Origin: Candidatus Bathyarchaeota archaeon
Lineage (GTDB): Archaea > Thermoproteota > Bathyarchaeia > Bathyarchaeales > Bathycorpusculaceae
Length of the DNA: 64,000 nt
Reading direction: 5' to 3'
NCBI GenBank assembly: GCA_963777155.1
Contig: CAVZPM010000009.1
Coordinates: 1-64,000 of the forward strand
Shown here: positions 10,144 to 20,625 of the stretch, in pieces
How the letters are laid out: each line of letters starts with the position of its first letter
How positions within the stretch are numbered: the stretch's first letter is position 1
The notes under the pieces: generated by a model
What the model saw: the letters and a program-made list of their open reading frames with translations, nothing else
Database searches by the model: none
What the model was told of the DNA's origin: nothing
Translations under genes and position numbers: made by a program

Positions 10144-10851
10144 TTAAGGTGGAGGAAGCTGCTTTCCGCAGTGTGGGCAGAAGGTGGCATTTGGATCTTG
10201 GGGAGCGCCGCAGTTGGAGCAGAAACGTGTTGCTTGAATTGTAGGTACAGAGGCTTGTGGAGGAGTGTAACTGTATGGTTGCTGTGGTACTTTGATTGAG
10301 AAGAAAGCGATGGTTGCAAATACCCAAGCGAGGAATATCAGCACAAACCCAACTAGTATTATAGTAAGTATTGCACCCAAGAATAGGAGCAGCCCAGCTG
10401 TTTCAAACATGTGTTCGCCTGACTTTTCCGCAAGAGCATTAAACGCTTTTCTAAGGTTCATTGCAGCTAACAAGTAAAAAATGAACACTACAGCAATTAC
10501 CACGAAGAAAGATACTAGTCCAAAGCCTACACCAAGTGGACCAAACGCAAAGATACTGAATGCGCCACCGAGTATGAATAGAGGTACCATTATGGCGATT
10601 GCGATTGCTGCAATGATTAGAAAAATCAAACCTCTAAGAACATCATGATAGATACGGTCATCTTTGTAGTATTCTGCAAAGCCTTTCATACCTACGAAAA
10701 CCAGTATAATACCAACGATACTAACAAATGGAAACATTAGCAATATTGAGCCTATGCCAGCCAAGTTTTTGTTAGATTCCAAGTCACTCAATCTATTTAT
10801 TCTCCAATACAGCGCATCTATTGAGGGTAGATAAAAGACTTTTGTAAACAA
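10144..10851 (-). CDS. DUF996-like membrane protein with C-terminal zinc ribbon (start probably TTG at 10791)
   Basis: LAGIGSIL...LAEKSGEHMFETAG pattern; FCSNCG...FCPHCG. Confidence 0.85.
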   Translation of the reverse strand: MFTKVFYLPSIDALYWRINRLSDLESNKNLAGIGSILLMFPFVSIVGIILVFVGMKGFAEYYKDDRIYHDVLRGLIFLIIAAIAIAIMVPLFILGGAFSIFAFGPLGVGFGLVSFFVVIAVVFIFYLLAAMNLRKAFNALAEKSGEHMFETAGLLLFLGAILTIILVGFVLIFLAWVFATIAFFSIKVPQQPYSYTPPQASVPTIQATRFCSNCGAPQDPNATFCPHCGKQLPPP

Positions 10852-10985
10852 ATTACCGTGATCGTTTAAAATATGGAAATTGAAATATAATTTTAGCCCA
10901 AATTTTGGTTAGCATAATTCACTTATTTTTATGAGAAGGATAGTAGAGAGAACTTGGACTTTCATTTACCCAACAGTAAATAAAT

Positions 10986-12551
10986 ATGTCGACCAATGAA
11001 CACTTAGGAAGAATCACCTTGACCAGCAATATAGAAGCTGATTATCGGAAACTTTTATCGATAACCAAAGATGTCGTGGTGCTTTCAACGGCTGAAGGCA
11101 TAATCCATTGGGACATGGAAGTTTATATGCCGCCAAAAGCTGTGGAGCAACGCAGCCAACAACTGGCACTTCTAAGCCGAATTCACCATAAATTGGGAAC
11201 TAACCCAGAAATAGGAAAACTTCTAAATTCAATCCAAGCAGACAAAGGATACCAAGCACTCGACGAAGTCAAGAAACGCAACCTGTACCTTATTAATAAA
11301 AGCTATCAAGAACAAACTGCTCTTCCTGAAAAACTGGTCGCTGACCTTGCCATGCAGGAAGCAATAACAGTCAACTTATGGAAGAAAGCTAAAGCACAGA
11401 AGAACTTTAACATCTACAAATCAGACCTGCAAAAACTGTTAGACCTAAGCAAACAAGCAGCGGAAATCCTCATGAAAGTAAAGCAAGTCAAGACACCCTA
11501 TGAGGCGTTGCTGGATAATTTTGAGCCAAAAATGTCCGCAAAGACGATTACTGAAACATTTAGCCAATTGCTTTTGGGCTTAAAACCTTTGATCACAAAG
11601 ATTGAAGATCACCAGATCAAGCCACCCACCCAAATCCTCAAAGTAACAGTGCCAGTTGATAACCAACGCAAAATCACTCAGCTAATAACACAGACACTTG
11701 GCTATGACACCTCTTCCTCGAAAGCTGCGGGAAGAGTAGACGAGACTGAGCACCCCTTCACAACAGGCTACTATGACGATGTACGCATAACTACCCACTA
11801 TTACCCTGAAAATTTTGCAAGCTCAGTTTTTTCTGTGCTACATGAAAGCGGCCATGCAATCTATGAGCAAAACCTCAACTCCCAATGGCAATATCAACCT
11901 GTGGGGTCTACATGTTCATTTGGCATACACGAATCGCAATCCCGATTCTATGAAAATGTCATTGGCCGCTCTAGAGAATTCTGGATGGACTTTCTACCCA
12001 AAATCAAACAAACAGCGCCAAGTCTGGGTAGCCTCCAGCTGGAACCGTTCATCCAAGCCATAAACCGAGTTGAACGCTCAAAGATCCGAATCGAAGCAGA
12101 CGAGGTAACCTATAGCCTTCATATTATAATCCGATTTGAGCTTGAAAGGGACCTTTTTTCGGATAAAATTTCAGTAGATGAATTACCAGAAGTATGGAAC
12201 CAGAAGTACGAGGATTACCTCGGTGTAAAAATCATCAACGATGCGGAGGGTGTAATGCAAGATACGCATTGGGCAAGCGGGTTGTTCGGTTACTTCCCAA
12301 GCTATACCTTAGGGAATATTTACAGCGGACAATTAACCGCTGCACTTACCAAAAACCTGCCCGACTGGTGCAACCAACTATCAGAAGGAAAACTTGAAAG
12401 TGTTAACAGTTGGCTAAAAACGAACATTCACCTCAAAGGTGACCTTTATGACCCTGAAGAACTAATCAAACTTGCTACCGGAAGAAACCTAGATTCGGAA
12501 CCATACCTAAAGTACCTAAATAAAAAATACAGTAGCCTGTATGGGTTTTAA
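10986..12551 (+). CDS. Carboxypeptidase, M32 (Taq-type) family
   Basis: HPF, DVRITT, HESGH, HESQ, IRIEAD, QDTHW, GYFPSY. Confidence 0.96.
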   Translation: MSTNEHLGRITLTSNIEADYRKLLSITKDVVVLSTAEGIIHWDMEVYMPPKAVEQRSQQLALLSRIHHKLGTNPEIGKLLNSIQADKGYQALDEVKKRNLYLINKSYQEQTALPEKLVADLAMQEAITVNLWKKAKAQKNFNIYKSDLQKLLDLSKQAAEILMKVKQVKTPYEALLDNFEPKMSAKTITETFSQLLLGLKPLITKIEDHQIKPPTQILKVTVPVDNQRKITQLITQTLGYDTSSSKAAGRVDETEHPFTTGYYDDVRITTHYYPENFASSVFSVLHESGHAIYEQNLNSQWQYQPVGSTCSFGIHESQSRFYENVIGRSREFWMDFLPKIKQTAPSLGSLQLEPFIQAINRVERSKIRIEADEVTYSLHIIIRFELERDLFSDKISVDELPEVWNQKYEDYLGVKIINDAEGVMQDTHWASGLFGYFPSYTLGNIYSGQLTAALTKNLPDWCNQLSEGKLESVNSWLKTNIHLKGDLYDPEELIKLATGRNLDSEPYLKYLNKKYSSLYGF

Positions 12552-12730
12552 GTGGGTTTCTTCTTGGTTATTTCCTTGAAGATGTAGAGGACAAGGTAGG
12601 CTACGACTGAGCCGATGAATAAGTATATGCCACCATATCCAACTAATGCATTGTAGGTGTTGGCACCATAAAGGAAAAGCAGAAATCCGGCGATGAATAA
12701 GCCTAACAATACCCAGTCAGTGTAAGACAT
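12548..12730 (-). CDS. Small two-TM membrane protein
   Basis: 60 aa, two hydrophobic helices, basic tail. Confidence 0.65.
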   Translation of the reverse strand: MSYTDWVLLGLFIAGFLLFLYGANTYNALVGYGGIYLFIGSVVAYLVLYIFKEITKKKPT

Positions 12731-12937
12731 TGAATCCCTCGGTAAAGTTTAGCCATTCAATACGACCCTGCAGATATAAAGATTTACTGAAAATAACCAA
12801 AATTTTTACCGCCACAAAAAAACAAATAAAAAACGACAACTCACCGCTAAGAATGCCACACCCAACTTCAATCGCCCAAGCACATCCGACATTCTTATAT
12901 ATACGATCACATACTCAGAGCGTTCGAGGCAAAATAA

Positions 12938-14377
12938 ATGTCGGGAACAGACGTTAGAAAGCCAGAATCACGAAACGAACTTATAAAAATGTTGACTGAA
13001 GCAGCAAAAAAGGAAGTTGGTTCTAAAGTTAAGCCGACAAAACCGACAGTTGTCGGAACCGCAAAGGAAATGGACATCCATAGAGACACCATTTACTCAT
13101 GGTTAAAGGAGTATAATGTCGATTTCAAAGAAATCATTGACCACATGCCGACAATTGATGACGACACTGAAGAAAATTCAGGACCAACATATCTAATTGG
13201 CGAATCGCTATTAGGAGAAGGAAACGAAGTTGCACACATCGACCTCATGATAGGCGATAAAAATGGACCCATTGGACAAGCATTCGCAAATGGCATGACG
13301 CAATTATCAGCCGGTCACACACCAGTTCTTGCAGTAATCAGACCTAACCTGCCGCCAAAGCCGCACACACTAATAGTGCCAAAAGTCACCATTAAAAACA
13401 TGGAGGATACAGGAAAAATTTTTGGCCCAGCACAAGCAGCAGTTGCAAAAGCCATCGCTGACTCAGCCGAAGAAGGAATCATTCCAGCAAATAAATTAGA
13501 CGAATGGGTTATTATCTGCAGCGTATTCATCCATCCCAAAGCAGTCGATTACCGCAAGATATACCAATATAATTATGGCGCAACAAAAATGGCGTTAAAA
13601 CGGGCATTAAAGAAGTATCCAACGCTGGAAAAGATAATCTACGACAAAGACCGTGCAAAGCACCCAATTATGGGCTTCCGCGTACCACGCTTATGGAGAC
13701 CACCATACCTCCAAATTGCACTTGATGCACCCTCGCTTGAAGGGGCAAAGAAAGTCATCGAAGCTCTTCCAGGTAGCGACAGAATCATACTCGAAGTCGG
13801 TACACCGCTAATCAAACGATACGGTACAAGAGGCATCAACGAACTACGCCAGATAGCAAAGGACAAATTCATTATAGCAGATCTAAAAACCCTTGATGTT
13901 GGTAAAGTTGAAGTAGACATTGCATACGAAGACACTGCAGACGCTGTTGTTGCAGCGGGCTTAGCACCACCAGAAACATTAGATGCAACAGTACAGGAAG
14001 CCAGGCGTCTAGGAATCTACGCAGTCATCGATATGCTAAACGTAGAAGATGTACTTGGCAAGTTGAAATCAATTAAAGACTTCCCAGACATCGTCATACT
14101 GCATCGAGGCATTGATCAAGAAAGCGGAAGAAGCTGCGGACTAGAACGAATAAAGATGATACGCCAAGCATTCCCTAACAAGAAATTCTTAATCGCAGTC
14201 GCAGGTGGAATCGTCCCAGAAACAGCCAAAGAAGCACTAGATCAAGGCGCAGACATACTTATCGTCGGCAGATACGTAACACAATCCAAAGACATCGAAC
14301 GCTCAGTGAGAGACTTCCTCGAATTGACCCCAAGCATGCGCGAAGACGTTGACTTATACAGAGTCCACACAGAATAA
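12938..14377 (+). CDS. fae-hps: Bifunctional formaldehyde-activating enzyme / 3-hexulose-6-phosphate synthase with extra N-terminal HTH-like domain
   Basis: [17 protein letters not shown]...[11 protein letters not shown] (Fae); [20 protein letters not shown] (Hps). Confidence 0.93.
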   Translation: MSGTDVRKPESRNELIKMLTEAAKKEVGSKVKPTKPTVVGTAKEMDIHRDTIYSWLKEYNVDFKEIIDHMPTIDDDTEENSGPTYLIGESLLGEGNEVAHIDLMIGDKNGPIGQAFANGMTQLSAGHTPVLAVIRPNLPPKPHTLIVPKVTIKNMEDTGKIFGPAQAAVAKAIADSAEEGIIPANKLDEWVIICSVFIHPKAVDYRKIYQYNYGATKMALKRALKKYPTLEKIIYDKDRAKHPIMGFRVPRLWRPPYLQIALDAPSLEGAKKVIEALPGSDRIILEVGTPLIKRYGTRGINELRQIAKDKFIIADLKTLDVGKVEVDIAYEDTADAVVAAGLAPPETLDATVQEARRLGIYAVIDMLNVEDVLGKLKSIKDFPDIVILHRGIDQESGRSCGLERIKMIRQAFPNKKFLIAVAGGIVPETAKEALDQGADILIVGRYVTQSKDIERSVRDFLELTPSMREDVDLYRVHTE

Positions 14378-14417
14378 ACCTAAAACCGAGCGATAACTCG
14401 CTCAACCACTTTTATTT

Positions 14418-15659
14418 TTATTTCTTAATCGCGAAGATTTTCAGAATCAAAAAGGCACAGAAGAAAGCTAAACCTGCAATCACAAAAGTTGGTGCAAAAC
14501 TTAATCTTTGAGCTAAGAAAGGTCCAAGAAAAGAACCTAATCCTGCTCCTAAACCAACAAGTCCATCAAAGAACCCAGTTTTTCCCTCGGGAATAAGTTC
14601 CATTGAGAGAGAAATCATCATAATGTAATACATAGCGAATGTAAAGCCTAGGAGAACTAGAAGAACCCCTGTCATGATTGTGGGTGAAAAGGCAAACTCG
14701 ATAACCCCTACAAACAAGAAAATAAGCAGTCCGCGGATGAGCACAAATCGCGGCATTTGTTTTCTTAAATCCATCGACCTTGCACGGTTACGGATTAGGA
14801 AGTAACCTACAGTTGCTCCAATCGAATTTAGGATGTAAAAGACATAAACCATGCTTGACTGACCATTAAAGATCGTTTTTAAGTAGATTGGCAAAGGTGT
14901 AAAGAAGAGACTTGTTGCTAGTGAAAAGGCTACAATCGCAAAGGCGAATCCTGGAAAGCTTTCCTTTTTAAGCGAACCTTTCCAGCGTAAACTGTATGAT
15001 TCAATACCACGAGAGGCAAAATCAAGGGTTCTCTCCATTCCTACCAAGCGGCGTTCAAAAATTAATAATGGATCAGCAATTAAGGCTATAGAGAGGATTA
15101 ACGCAACTACGCTTAAAGCGCTACACAAGTATAACGTGTAAGTTGCCAAAACAGTTGAATTAAGGGAAGCCGTAAACGCAAACAAGCCAATGCTAAGTAC
15201 CAAACCAATTGCTAGCCCAATAATAAAACCAATTTCTGTAATGGCTTCATAGAAGCCGTAAGACTTCTCCCAATCATTGCGGCTATAGTGTTCGGCGATG
15301 AGAATATTTTTTGGAGCTTCGTGCGAGACATGAAGAACCTGCATTACAACGTATAAAATTACGAAGGGGATAACGCTTTGTGCAAAAGGTAGCGCCATCA
15401 AAAACAGAATGATTGCTGAGGATAAAAAGGAAAGAAGAATAAACAATTTGTAGTGACGTGTGGCGTCACAGAGGTACCCCCATAGAAAGGAGGCAGGAAT
15501 AGAACAGAATATTGCAATTGAAGTCATTACGCCCAAAGCGACAAGGGGACCACCAAGAACACTAGTGTCTTTGAAAGCCACTAGGTAAAGCGGTATGAAG
15601 ACACTTAAAAGTCCAAACGCTATCTCGTGAAAGAAGAACCCTAGCCGCCACATAACCAC
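14418..15659 (-). CDS. MFS transporter
   Basis: About 12 TM segments; WGYLCDATRHYK motif-A-like. Confidence 0.9.
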   Translation of the reverse strand: MVMWRLGFFFHEIAFGLLSVFIPLYLVAFKDTSVLGGPLVALGVMTSIAIFCSIPASFLWGYLCDATRHYKLFILLSFLSSAIILFLMALPFAQSVIPFVILYVVMQVLHVSHEAPKNILIAEHYSRNDWEKSYGFYEAITEIGFIIGLAIGLVLSIGLFAFTASLNSTVLATYTLYLCSALSVVALILSIALIADPLLIFERRLVGMERTLDFASRGIESYSLRWKGSLKKESFPGFAFAIVAFSLATSLFFTPLPIYLKTIFNGQSSMVYVFYILNSIGATVGYFLIRNRARSMDLRKQMPRFVLIRGLLIFLFVGVIEFAFSPTIMTGVLLVLLGFTFAMYYIMMISLSMELIPEGKTGFFDGLVGLGAGLGSFLGPFLAQRLSFAPTFVIAGLAFFCAFLILKIFAIKK

Positions 15660-15796
15660 AACTCCACTTCACTGTTAAATTAAAACTTTTACCTTGATAA
15701 ACTGGACTTACAGTAAAATGGGCTTTGATAAGAAAAATTTGCATAAATACTTAATAGAGAGAGCACCCAACTTCATACTCCGCTGGAGAGAATATC

Positions 15797-16195
15797 ATGG
15801 CAAAGTTTAAAGTAATAGTTTCCGATCCCCAAGCAGGAACATCCAAAGTAGTTGAGCTTGAAGAAGCACGCGCAGCCCCCTTCATAGGCAGAAGAGTAGG
15901 GGAAACCATGGATGGCTCAGTTGTAGATTTACCAGCACACACAGTCCAGATTCTAGGCGGCTCCGATAAAGACGGCGTTCCCATGAGGGGAAACGTTCAT
16001 GGCGGTGTACGCAGAAGAGTCGTGTTAAGTGGTGGAGCAGGTTTTAGCCCAAAAAAGAAGGGCGAAAGAAAACGGAAAACAGTTCGAGGAAACATTATTA
16101 CCGACGAAATCGCTCAAATCAACATGAAAATCACTGAGAGACCAGCTAGCGCAAAAGCTCCAGAAACCAAGGTCGAGCAAGCACCTAAACAGTAA
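15797..16195 (+). CDS. rps6e: 30S ribosomal protein S6e
   Basis: GGSDKDGVPM, GERKRKTVRGN. Confidence 0.97.
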   Translation: MAKFKVIVSDPQAGTSKVVELEEARAAPFIGRRVGETMDGSVVDLPAHTVQILGGSDKDGVPMRGNVHGGVRRRVVLSGGAGFSPKKKGERKRKTVRGNIITDEIAQINMKITERPASAKAPETKVEQAPKQ

Positions 16196-16285
16196 TTTTG
16201 CTTTTGTGTATGCTTAAACCTTATAAACTCGCATAATTAATTCATCCTTTATTCGCCAGTATTTATTGGAAAGAAGAAGAACCAT

Positions 16286-17533
16286 ATGAGTAACACTAGT
16301 AAAGCCTTGCCTAAGCAGCCAGAAGTCAACATCGGCACTATCGGCCATGTTGACCATGGAAAAACCACTCTAGTCCAATCGTTAACTGGAACTTGGGCGT
16401 CACGACACAGCGAAGAACTCAAAAGGGGCATTACAATTAAACTCGGCTACGCTGACATGCCGATATACAAATGCCCGAAATGTGAGCCTCCAAAAAACTT
16501 TACGATCAAACCTTATTGTGAAGCCTGCAACTCTGAGGCAGAGTTTGTTCGCGCCATAAGTTTTGTTGATGCACCCGGGCACGAAGCATTGATGGCTACG
16601 ATGCTCAGTGGCGCAGCAATTATGGATGGTGCAATCTTGGTAATTGCAGCTGATGAGCCGTGTCCTCAACCACAAACACGAGAACACCTTGCAGCAGCAG
16701 AAGTCAGCGGTATAAAGAACCTAATCATCGTTCAAAACAAAATCGACATTGTAGACGAAAAGCGCGCATTGGAAAGTTACAAGGAGATAAAAACCTTCAT
16801 TAAAGGCACAGTCGCAGAAAACGCACCGATTATCCCTATTTCTGCTCAACGTGGAATAAACATCGATGTACTCCTCACAGCAATGCAAACAATCATTCCC
16901 ACGCCAAAGAGAGATGAAACCAAGCCTCCAATGATGTTTGTTATCCGCTCCTTTGACATTAATAAACCAGGAACAACCATTGATGGATTGGAAGGCGGCA
17001 TCATCGGTGGAACCATTGCTCAGGGCAAGTTTGTTGTTGGAGAAGAAATTGAAATTCGCCCAGGCGTAATGGCTGAACGTGAGGGTAAAACAGTTTATGA
17101 CCCATTAATCAGCGAAATAATCAGTCTCCAAGCGGGCAACCAAGACGCAAAGGAAGCCACATGTGGGGGACTTGTTGGAGTTGGAACATTGCTTGACCCA
17201 TCCTACTCAAAGGCTGACGGGTTAACAGGCAGTATCGTGGGTAAAACAGGTCAACTTCCACCAACATTAACTGAACTGACGCTGGAGACACATGTTTTGG
17301 AACGTGTCGTTGGAACAAAAGAGTTACAGAAAGTAGAAAAAATCAACCCAGACGAAGCCCTTCTGCTCCATGTTGGCTCCGCAGTGAATGTTGGTAAAGT
17401 ACTCTCAATCAAACAGAACATGATTAAGGTCAAGTTGACAAGGCCGATTTGTGCCTTGCCAGGTTCCAGAGTTGCCATCAGCAGAAAGATTACTGCTAGG
17501 TGGAGACTCATCGGATACGGGCTCGTCAGATAA
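16286..17533 (+). CDS. eif2g: Translation initiation factor 2 gamma subunit
   Basis: GHVDHGKTT, RGITIKLGY, DAPGH, QNKID, WRLIGYG. Confidence 0.98.
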   Translation: MSNTSKALPKQPEVNIGTIGHVDHGKTTLVQSLTGTWASRHSEELKRGITIKLGYADMPIYKCPKCEPPKNFTIKPYCEACNSEAEFVRAISFVDAPGHEALMATMLSGAAIMDGAILVIAADEPCPQPQTREHLAAAEVSGIKNLIIVQNKIDIVDEKRALESYKEIKTFIKGTVAENAPIIPISAQRGINIDVLLTAMQTIIPTPKRDETKPPMMFVIRSFDINKPGTTIDGLEGGIIGGTIAQGKFVVGEEIEIRPGVMAEREGKTVYDPLISEIISLQAGNQDAKEATCGGLVGVGTLLDPSYSKADGLTGSIVGKTGQLPPTLTELTLETHVLERVVGTKELQKVEKINPDEALLLHVGSAVNVGKVLSIKQNMIKVKLTRPICALPGSRVAISRKITARWRLIGYGLVR

Positions 17534-17542
17534 AAAAGCGAT

Positions 17543-17983
17543 CTATTCTTTTACTATTCCCTTTTTTTGCAAGAAATCATGTGCTTTCTGCAAAACATCC
17601 TTTGCATTTTTGAAGTTTAACTTCTCCATAGCCTGCGCATAATCCATCCAGACGAAGCCAATGTGTTCAAAAGACAAGGTAACCTTGTCTGTGTGCGACT
17701 CCATAATGAAAAACACGACTTCCTTATGAACCGTTAAACCTTGTCTTCGATAGAAGTAAGCTATGGTTTCTTTGAAGCCGTCGATGAATTGGGCGTCGAT
17801 TATGCCTGTTTCTTCTTTAAGTTCCCGGATCGCTGTTTCTTTTTCAGACTCATTCGGTTCAACGTTACCTTTGGGGAAATCCCAATGCCTCGCTGCATAA
17901 TTAAGTAGGAGGTATTTGGAATGGTTTTCCTGTTTGATGAATATGACGGCGCCGCATGATTTCTCCCGAATCACTACATTCAC
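17543..17983 (-). CDS. NUDIX hydrolase (Ap4A hydrolase-like)
   Basis: HWDFPKG..E..E....A.RELKEETG; LSFEH. Confidence 0.92.
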   Translation of the reverse strand: MNVVIREKSCGAVIFIKQENHSKYLLLNYAARHWDFPKGNVEPNESEKETAIRELKEETGIIDAQFIDGFKETIAYFYRRQGLTVHKEVVFFIMESHTDKVTLSFEHIGFVWMDYAQAMEKLNFKNAKDVLQKAHDFLQKKGIVKE

Positions 17984-18103
17984 CTAGTTGTGCTCAAATC
18001 AATTATTCTATCTATTTAAAGTAATACTAAATTTAAGTCAAAGCCTCCCCGCAACAAAATGTATTAAGTCTAGAAAAGAAAGCTTAGAGTCAGGAGCATC
18101 CAT

Positions 18104-18532
18104 TTGTCGGCTTTAACGCCTAAAAAACTTGAACCACTAAAGGTTATTTTAGATTCTAACGCACTCTTTGTCCCGTTGCAGTTTAGAATTGACATCTTTG
18201 AGGAAATTAAACGGTTGTTAAATCGAAACGTTGAGTTTGTATTACTCTCGTCTGTTAAGCGTGAGCTTGAGATGCTTGCAACCAAGGATTCGCCTAAGAT
18301 CCGCAGGGAAGCTCTTTTTGCTTTGAAGCTTGCGGAAAAATGTAAGTATGTTCCAGTTGAAAACGATGGAGAGTTGACAGTTGACGACGCAATTGTGAGA
18401 GTTGCTAAGAAATGGAGTTCTCCTGTATTCACGAACGATATACAATTAAAGAGGAAGCTAAGAGATATAAGTGTGCCAGTGATTTATGTGAGACAAAAAT
18501 CGCGTCTAGACATTGACGGGTTGATATCGTAG
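18104..18532 (+). CDS. PIN-domain protein (Fcf1/Utp24-like)
   Basis: VILDSNAL, VDDAI, TND; conserved position before rpo7. Confidence 0.9.
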   Translation: MSALTPKKLEPLKVILDSNALFVPLQFRIDIFEEIKRLLNRNVEFVLLSSVKRELEMLATKDSPKIRREALFALKLAEKCKYVPVENDGELTVDDAIVRVAKKWSSPVFTNDIQLKRKLRDISVPVIYVRQKSRLDIDGLIS

Positions 18533-19123
18533 ATGTTCAAACTAATTACTCTTCAAGATACCATTCGCATTCCACCTGAAACCTTCGGCAAGCCACTTGA
18601 AAAAGTTGGCCGTGAACAGGTAAAACAGAAGTACGAGGGAATCGTGGATGAAGAATTAGGTTACGTTATAGCGGTTACAGGTATACAAGTTAGCCCAATT
18701 GGAAAAATCATACCTGGCGACGGCGCAACCTTCCATAAAGTGACTTTTTCTCTATTAGCATTCTACCCGATTATCCAAGAAATTGTAGAAGGAGACGTCG
18801 TTGAAATCGCTGATTTTGGCGCTTTCGTCCGCATCGGACCAGTCGACGCGTTGCTTCACGTCTCACAACTCATGGATGACTACATTTCATACGACGAAAA
18901 GCAAGGGGTACTTCTCGGGAAGGAGAGTAAAAGGAAACTAACCACAGGCGACCAAGTCCGCGTCAGAATAACCGCGGTGTCTCTTGGCAGAATTGGAAGT
19001 TCAGGAAAAATCGGTGTAACCGCAAGACAACCATTCCTTGGCAAGTTAGATTGGCTAAAGATAGATCAGGGCAAAGCGGCACCTGATAAGAAAACAGGGG
19101 AAAGCGCTGAAAAAGCAGCATAA
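18533..19123 (+). CDS. rpoE1: RNA polymerase subunit Rpo7 (E')
   Basis: GKIIPGDGA, S1 domain FGAFVRIGPVDALLHVSQ. Confidence 0.97.
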   Translation: MFKLITLQDTIRIPPETFGKPLEKVGREQVKQKYEGIVDEELGYVIAVTGIQVSPIGKIIPGDGATFHKVTFSLLAFYPIIQEIVEGDVVEIADFGAFVRIGPVDALLHVSQLMDDYISYDEKQGVLLGKESKRKLTTGDQVRVRITAVSLGRIGSSGKIGVTARQPFLGKLDWLKIDQGKAAPDKKTGESAEKAA

Positions 19124-19141
19124 AAACGGAGTTGTAATTGA

Positions 19142-19327
19142 ATGAGCGAAAAAGCATGTTCAAACTGCCATTACATAACTAAGGACAATAGTTGTGCAAG
19201 ATGCAAATCAACCAATTTTAGCGAAGACTTCAGCGGCTTAGTGGTCATGTTTGACCCCAAGAGTTCAGCTATCGCGAAAGCGATGAACATTAAAGAGAAA
19301 GGCAGATACGCTCTAAAAGTCCGCTAA
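19142..19327 (+). CDS. spt4: Transcription elongation factor Spt4
   Basis: ACSNC...CARC...SAIAKAM...GRYALKV. Confidence 0.96.
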   Translation: MSEKACSNCHYITKDNSCARCKSTNFSEDFSGLVVMFDPKSSAIAKAMNIKEKGRYALKVR

Positions 19328-19391
19328 GCTGTCACAATATATCCGCGGTAGCTTCATAACCTACCAAGCGTTTTATTTTTTTGACTCAGAG

Positions 19392-19920
19392 ATGACAGCA
19401 GCATATATTCTAACGTCCGAGCTTCGTTTAAAACTAAAAGAGCCCTTTGGTAGTCTTATTCAGGGTACACCTGATGAAACGATGGCTAAAATGAAGATAA
19501 CTAGTCAAAAAAGAAAAGCCATCAAGAATTATTTCGGTAGGAGATGTTGTTTCCCTTAACCTACATAAGGAAGGTATAGAGCCACAACTTACGATTATCG
19601 ATAACGTTTCCTTAAGGGAACAGGCAATGCCTCAAGAAGAGAATGTGGAAAAAACCGTTTTTGTAGATAATCCTCAAGGAACAATTACACAGGAGGCAAT
19701 CCTGGCTATTAAGAATGCCATAGAGGAGAAGGTGCATACACATATTGTGGTTAAAGGCGAAGAAGACCTGCTCACACTTGTGGCGGTTTTGCTTGCGCCC
19801 GAAAAGGCTTTTGTGGTTTATGGGCAACCGCATTGCGGTATTGTGCTTGTTAGAGTAACTTTAGAAAGGAAAGCTCGGGCTCAAGAGTTCCTAAACGCCA
19901 TGAAAGCTTCGAAAAGCTAA
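19392..19920 (+). pseudogene. GTP-dependent dephospho-CoA kinase (DUF359) interrupted by a +1 frameshift near 19500
   Basis: First frame LRLKLKEPFG; next frame IISVGDVV...IID...GEEDLL...YGQP; conserved position between spt4 and rps24e. Confidence 0.85.
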
Positions 19921-19963
19921 ATAAGAAGAATATTGTATGAGTTTACGCCTTAAGTGAACATTA

Positions 19964-20272
19964 ATGCAAGTCAAAATAGATTCAACCAAGGATAATCCGC
20001 TTCTAAAACGGAAAGAAGTAGGTTTCACTATTGTTTCAGGTCCAAAAGAGAAAACTCCTCAAAGATTGGTAGTTAAGAAAGCTGTAGCTATCGAACTTCA
20101 AACTGGCGACGATGTAGTTTTCATTAAAAAGATGCGAACAAAAACAGGAACCAGCATCACCGTCGGAGTAGCCAACGTTTACAAGTCCGTTAATCAAGCA
20201 AAAATCGTTGAACCGGAATACATCCGCAAACGGAACAGTCCACCAGAGAAACCTAAAGAGGCGGCCGCATAA
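19964..20272 (+). CDS. rps24e: 30S ribosomal protein S24e
   Basis: NPLLKRKEV, EPEYIRKRN; gene order. Confidence 0.95.
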   Translation: MQVKIDSTKDNPLLKRKEVGFTIVSGPKEKTPQRLVVKKAVAIELQTGDDVVFIKKMRTKTGTSITVGVANVYKSVNQAKIVEPEYIRKRNSPPEKPKEAAA

Positions 20273-20580
20273 TGGCACCAGCAAAACCAACAGCTCCAAA
20301 GAAAGAAGACGCTTCCGCAGCTAAGAAGGAAGAGGCAAAACCAGCAGCAGCCGCGACAGCCCCAGCAGAAGCAGCACCAGTAAAGAAAGCGGAGAAAGGC
20401 AAACGCGAAAAGAAACACAAAGAAGAGAAAGGTGTCCACGCAATGTACAAGGCAGAGGGCGATAAAGTTTCTAGAGCACGTCCAACTTGCGAGCGGTGTG
20501 GTCCAGGGTACTTTATGGGAGACCACCACGACAGATACACTTGCGGTCACTGTGGCTTTACTCGCTACAAACAGAAATAA
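20272..20580 (+). CDS. rps27ae: 30S ribosomal protein S27ae with Ala/Lys/Glu/Pro-rich N-terminal extension
   Basis: CERCGPGYFMGDH.DRYTCGHCG. Confidence 0.95.
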   Translation: MAPAKPTAPKKEDASAAKKEEAKPAAAATAPAEAAPVKKAEKGKREKKHKEEKGVHAMYKAEGDKVSRARPTCERCGPGYFMGDHHDRYTCGHCGFTRYKQK

Positions 20581-20625
20581 GCAGTTTTAAATCTTCCAAC
20601 CGCAATATTCCTTTTTTGATCTATC

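Noticed and set aside
19627-19920. 97-aa ORF as a complete gene
   Set aside because: It is the C-terminal part of the frameshifted DUF359 gene
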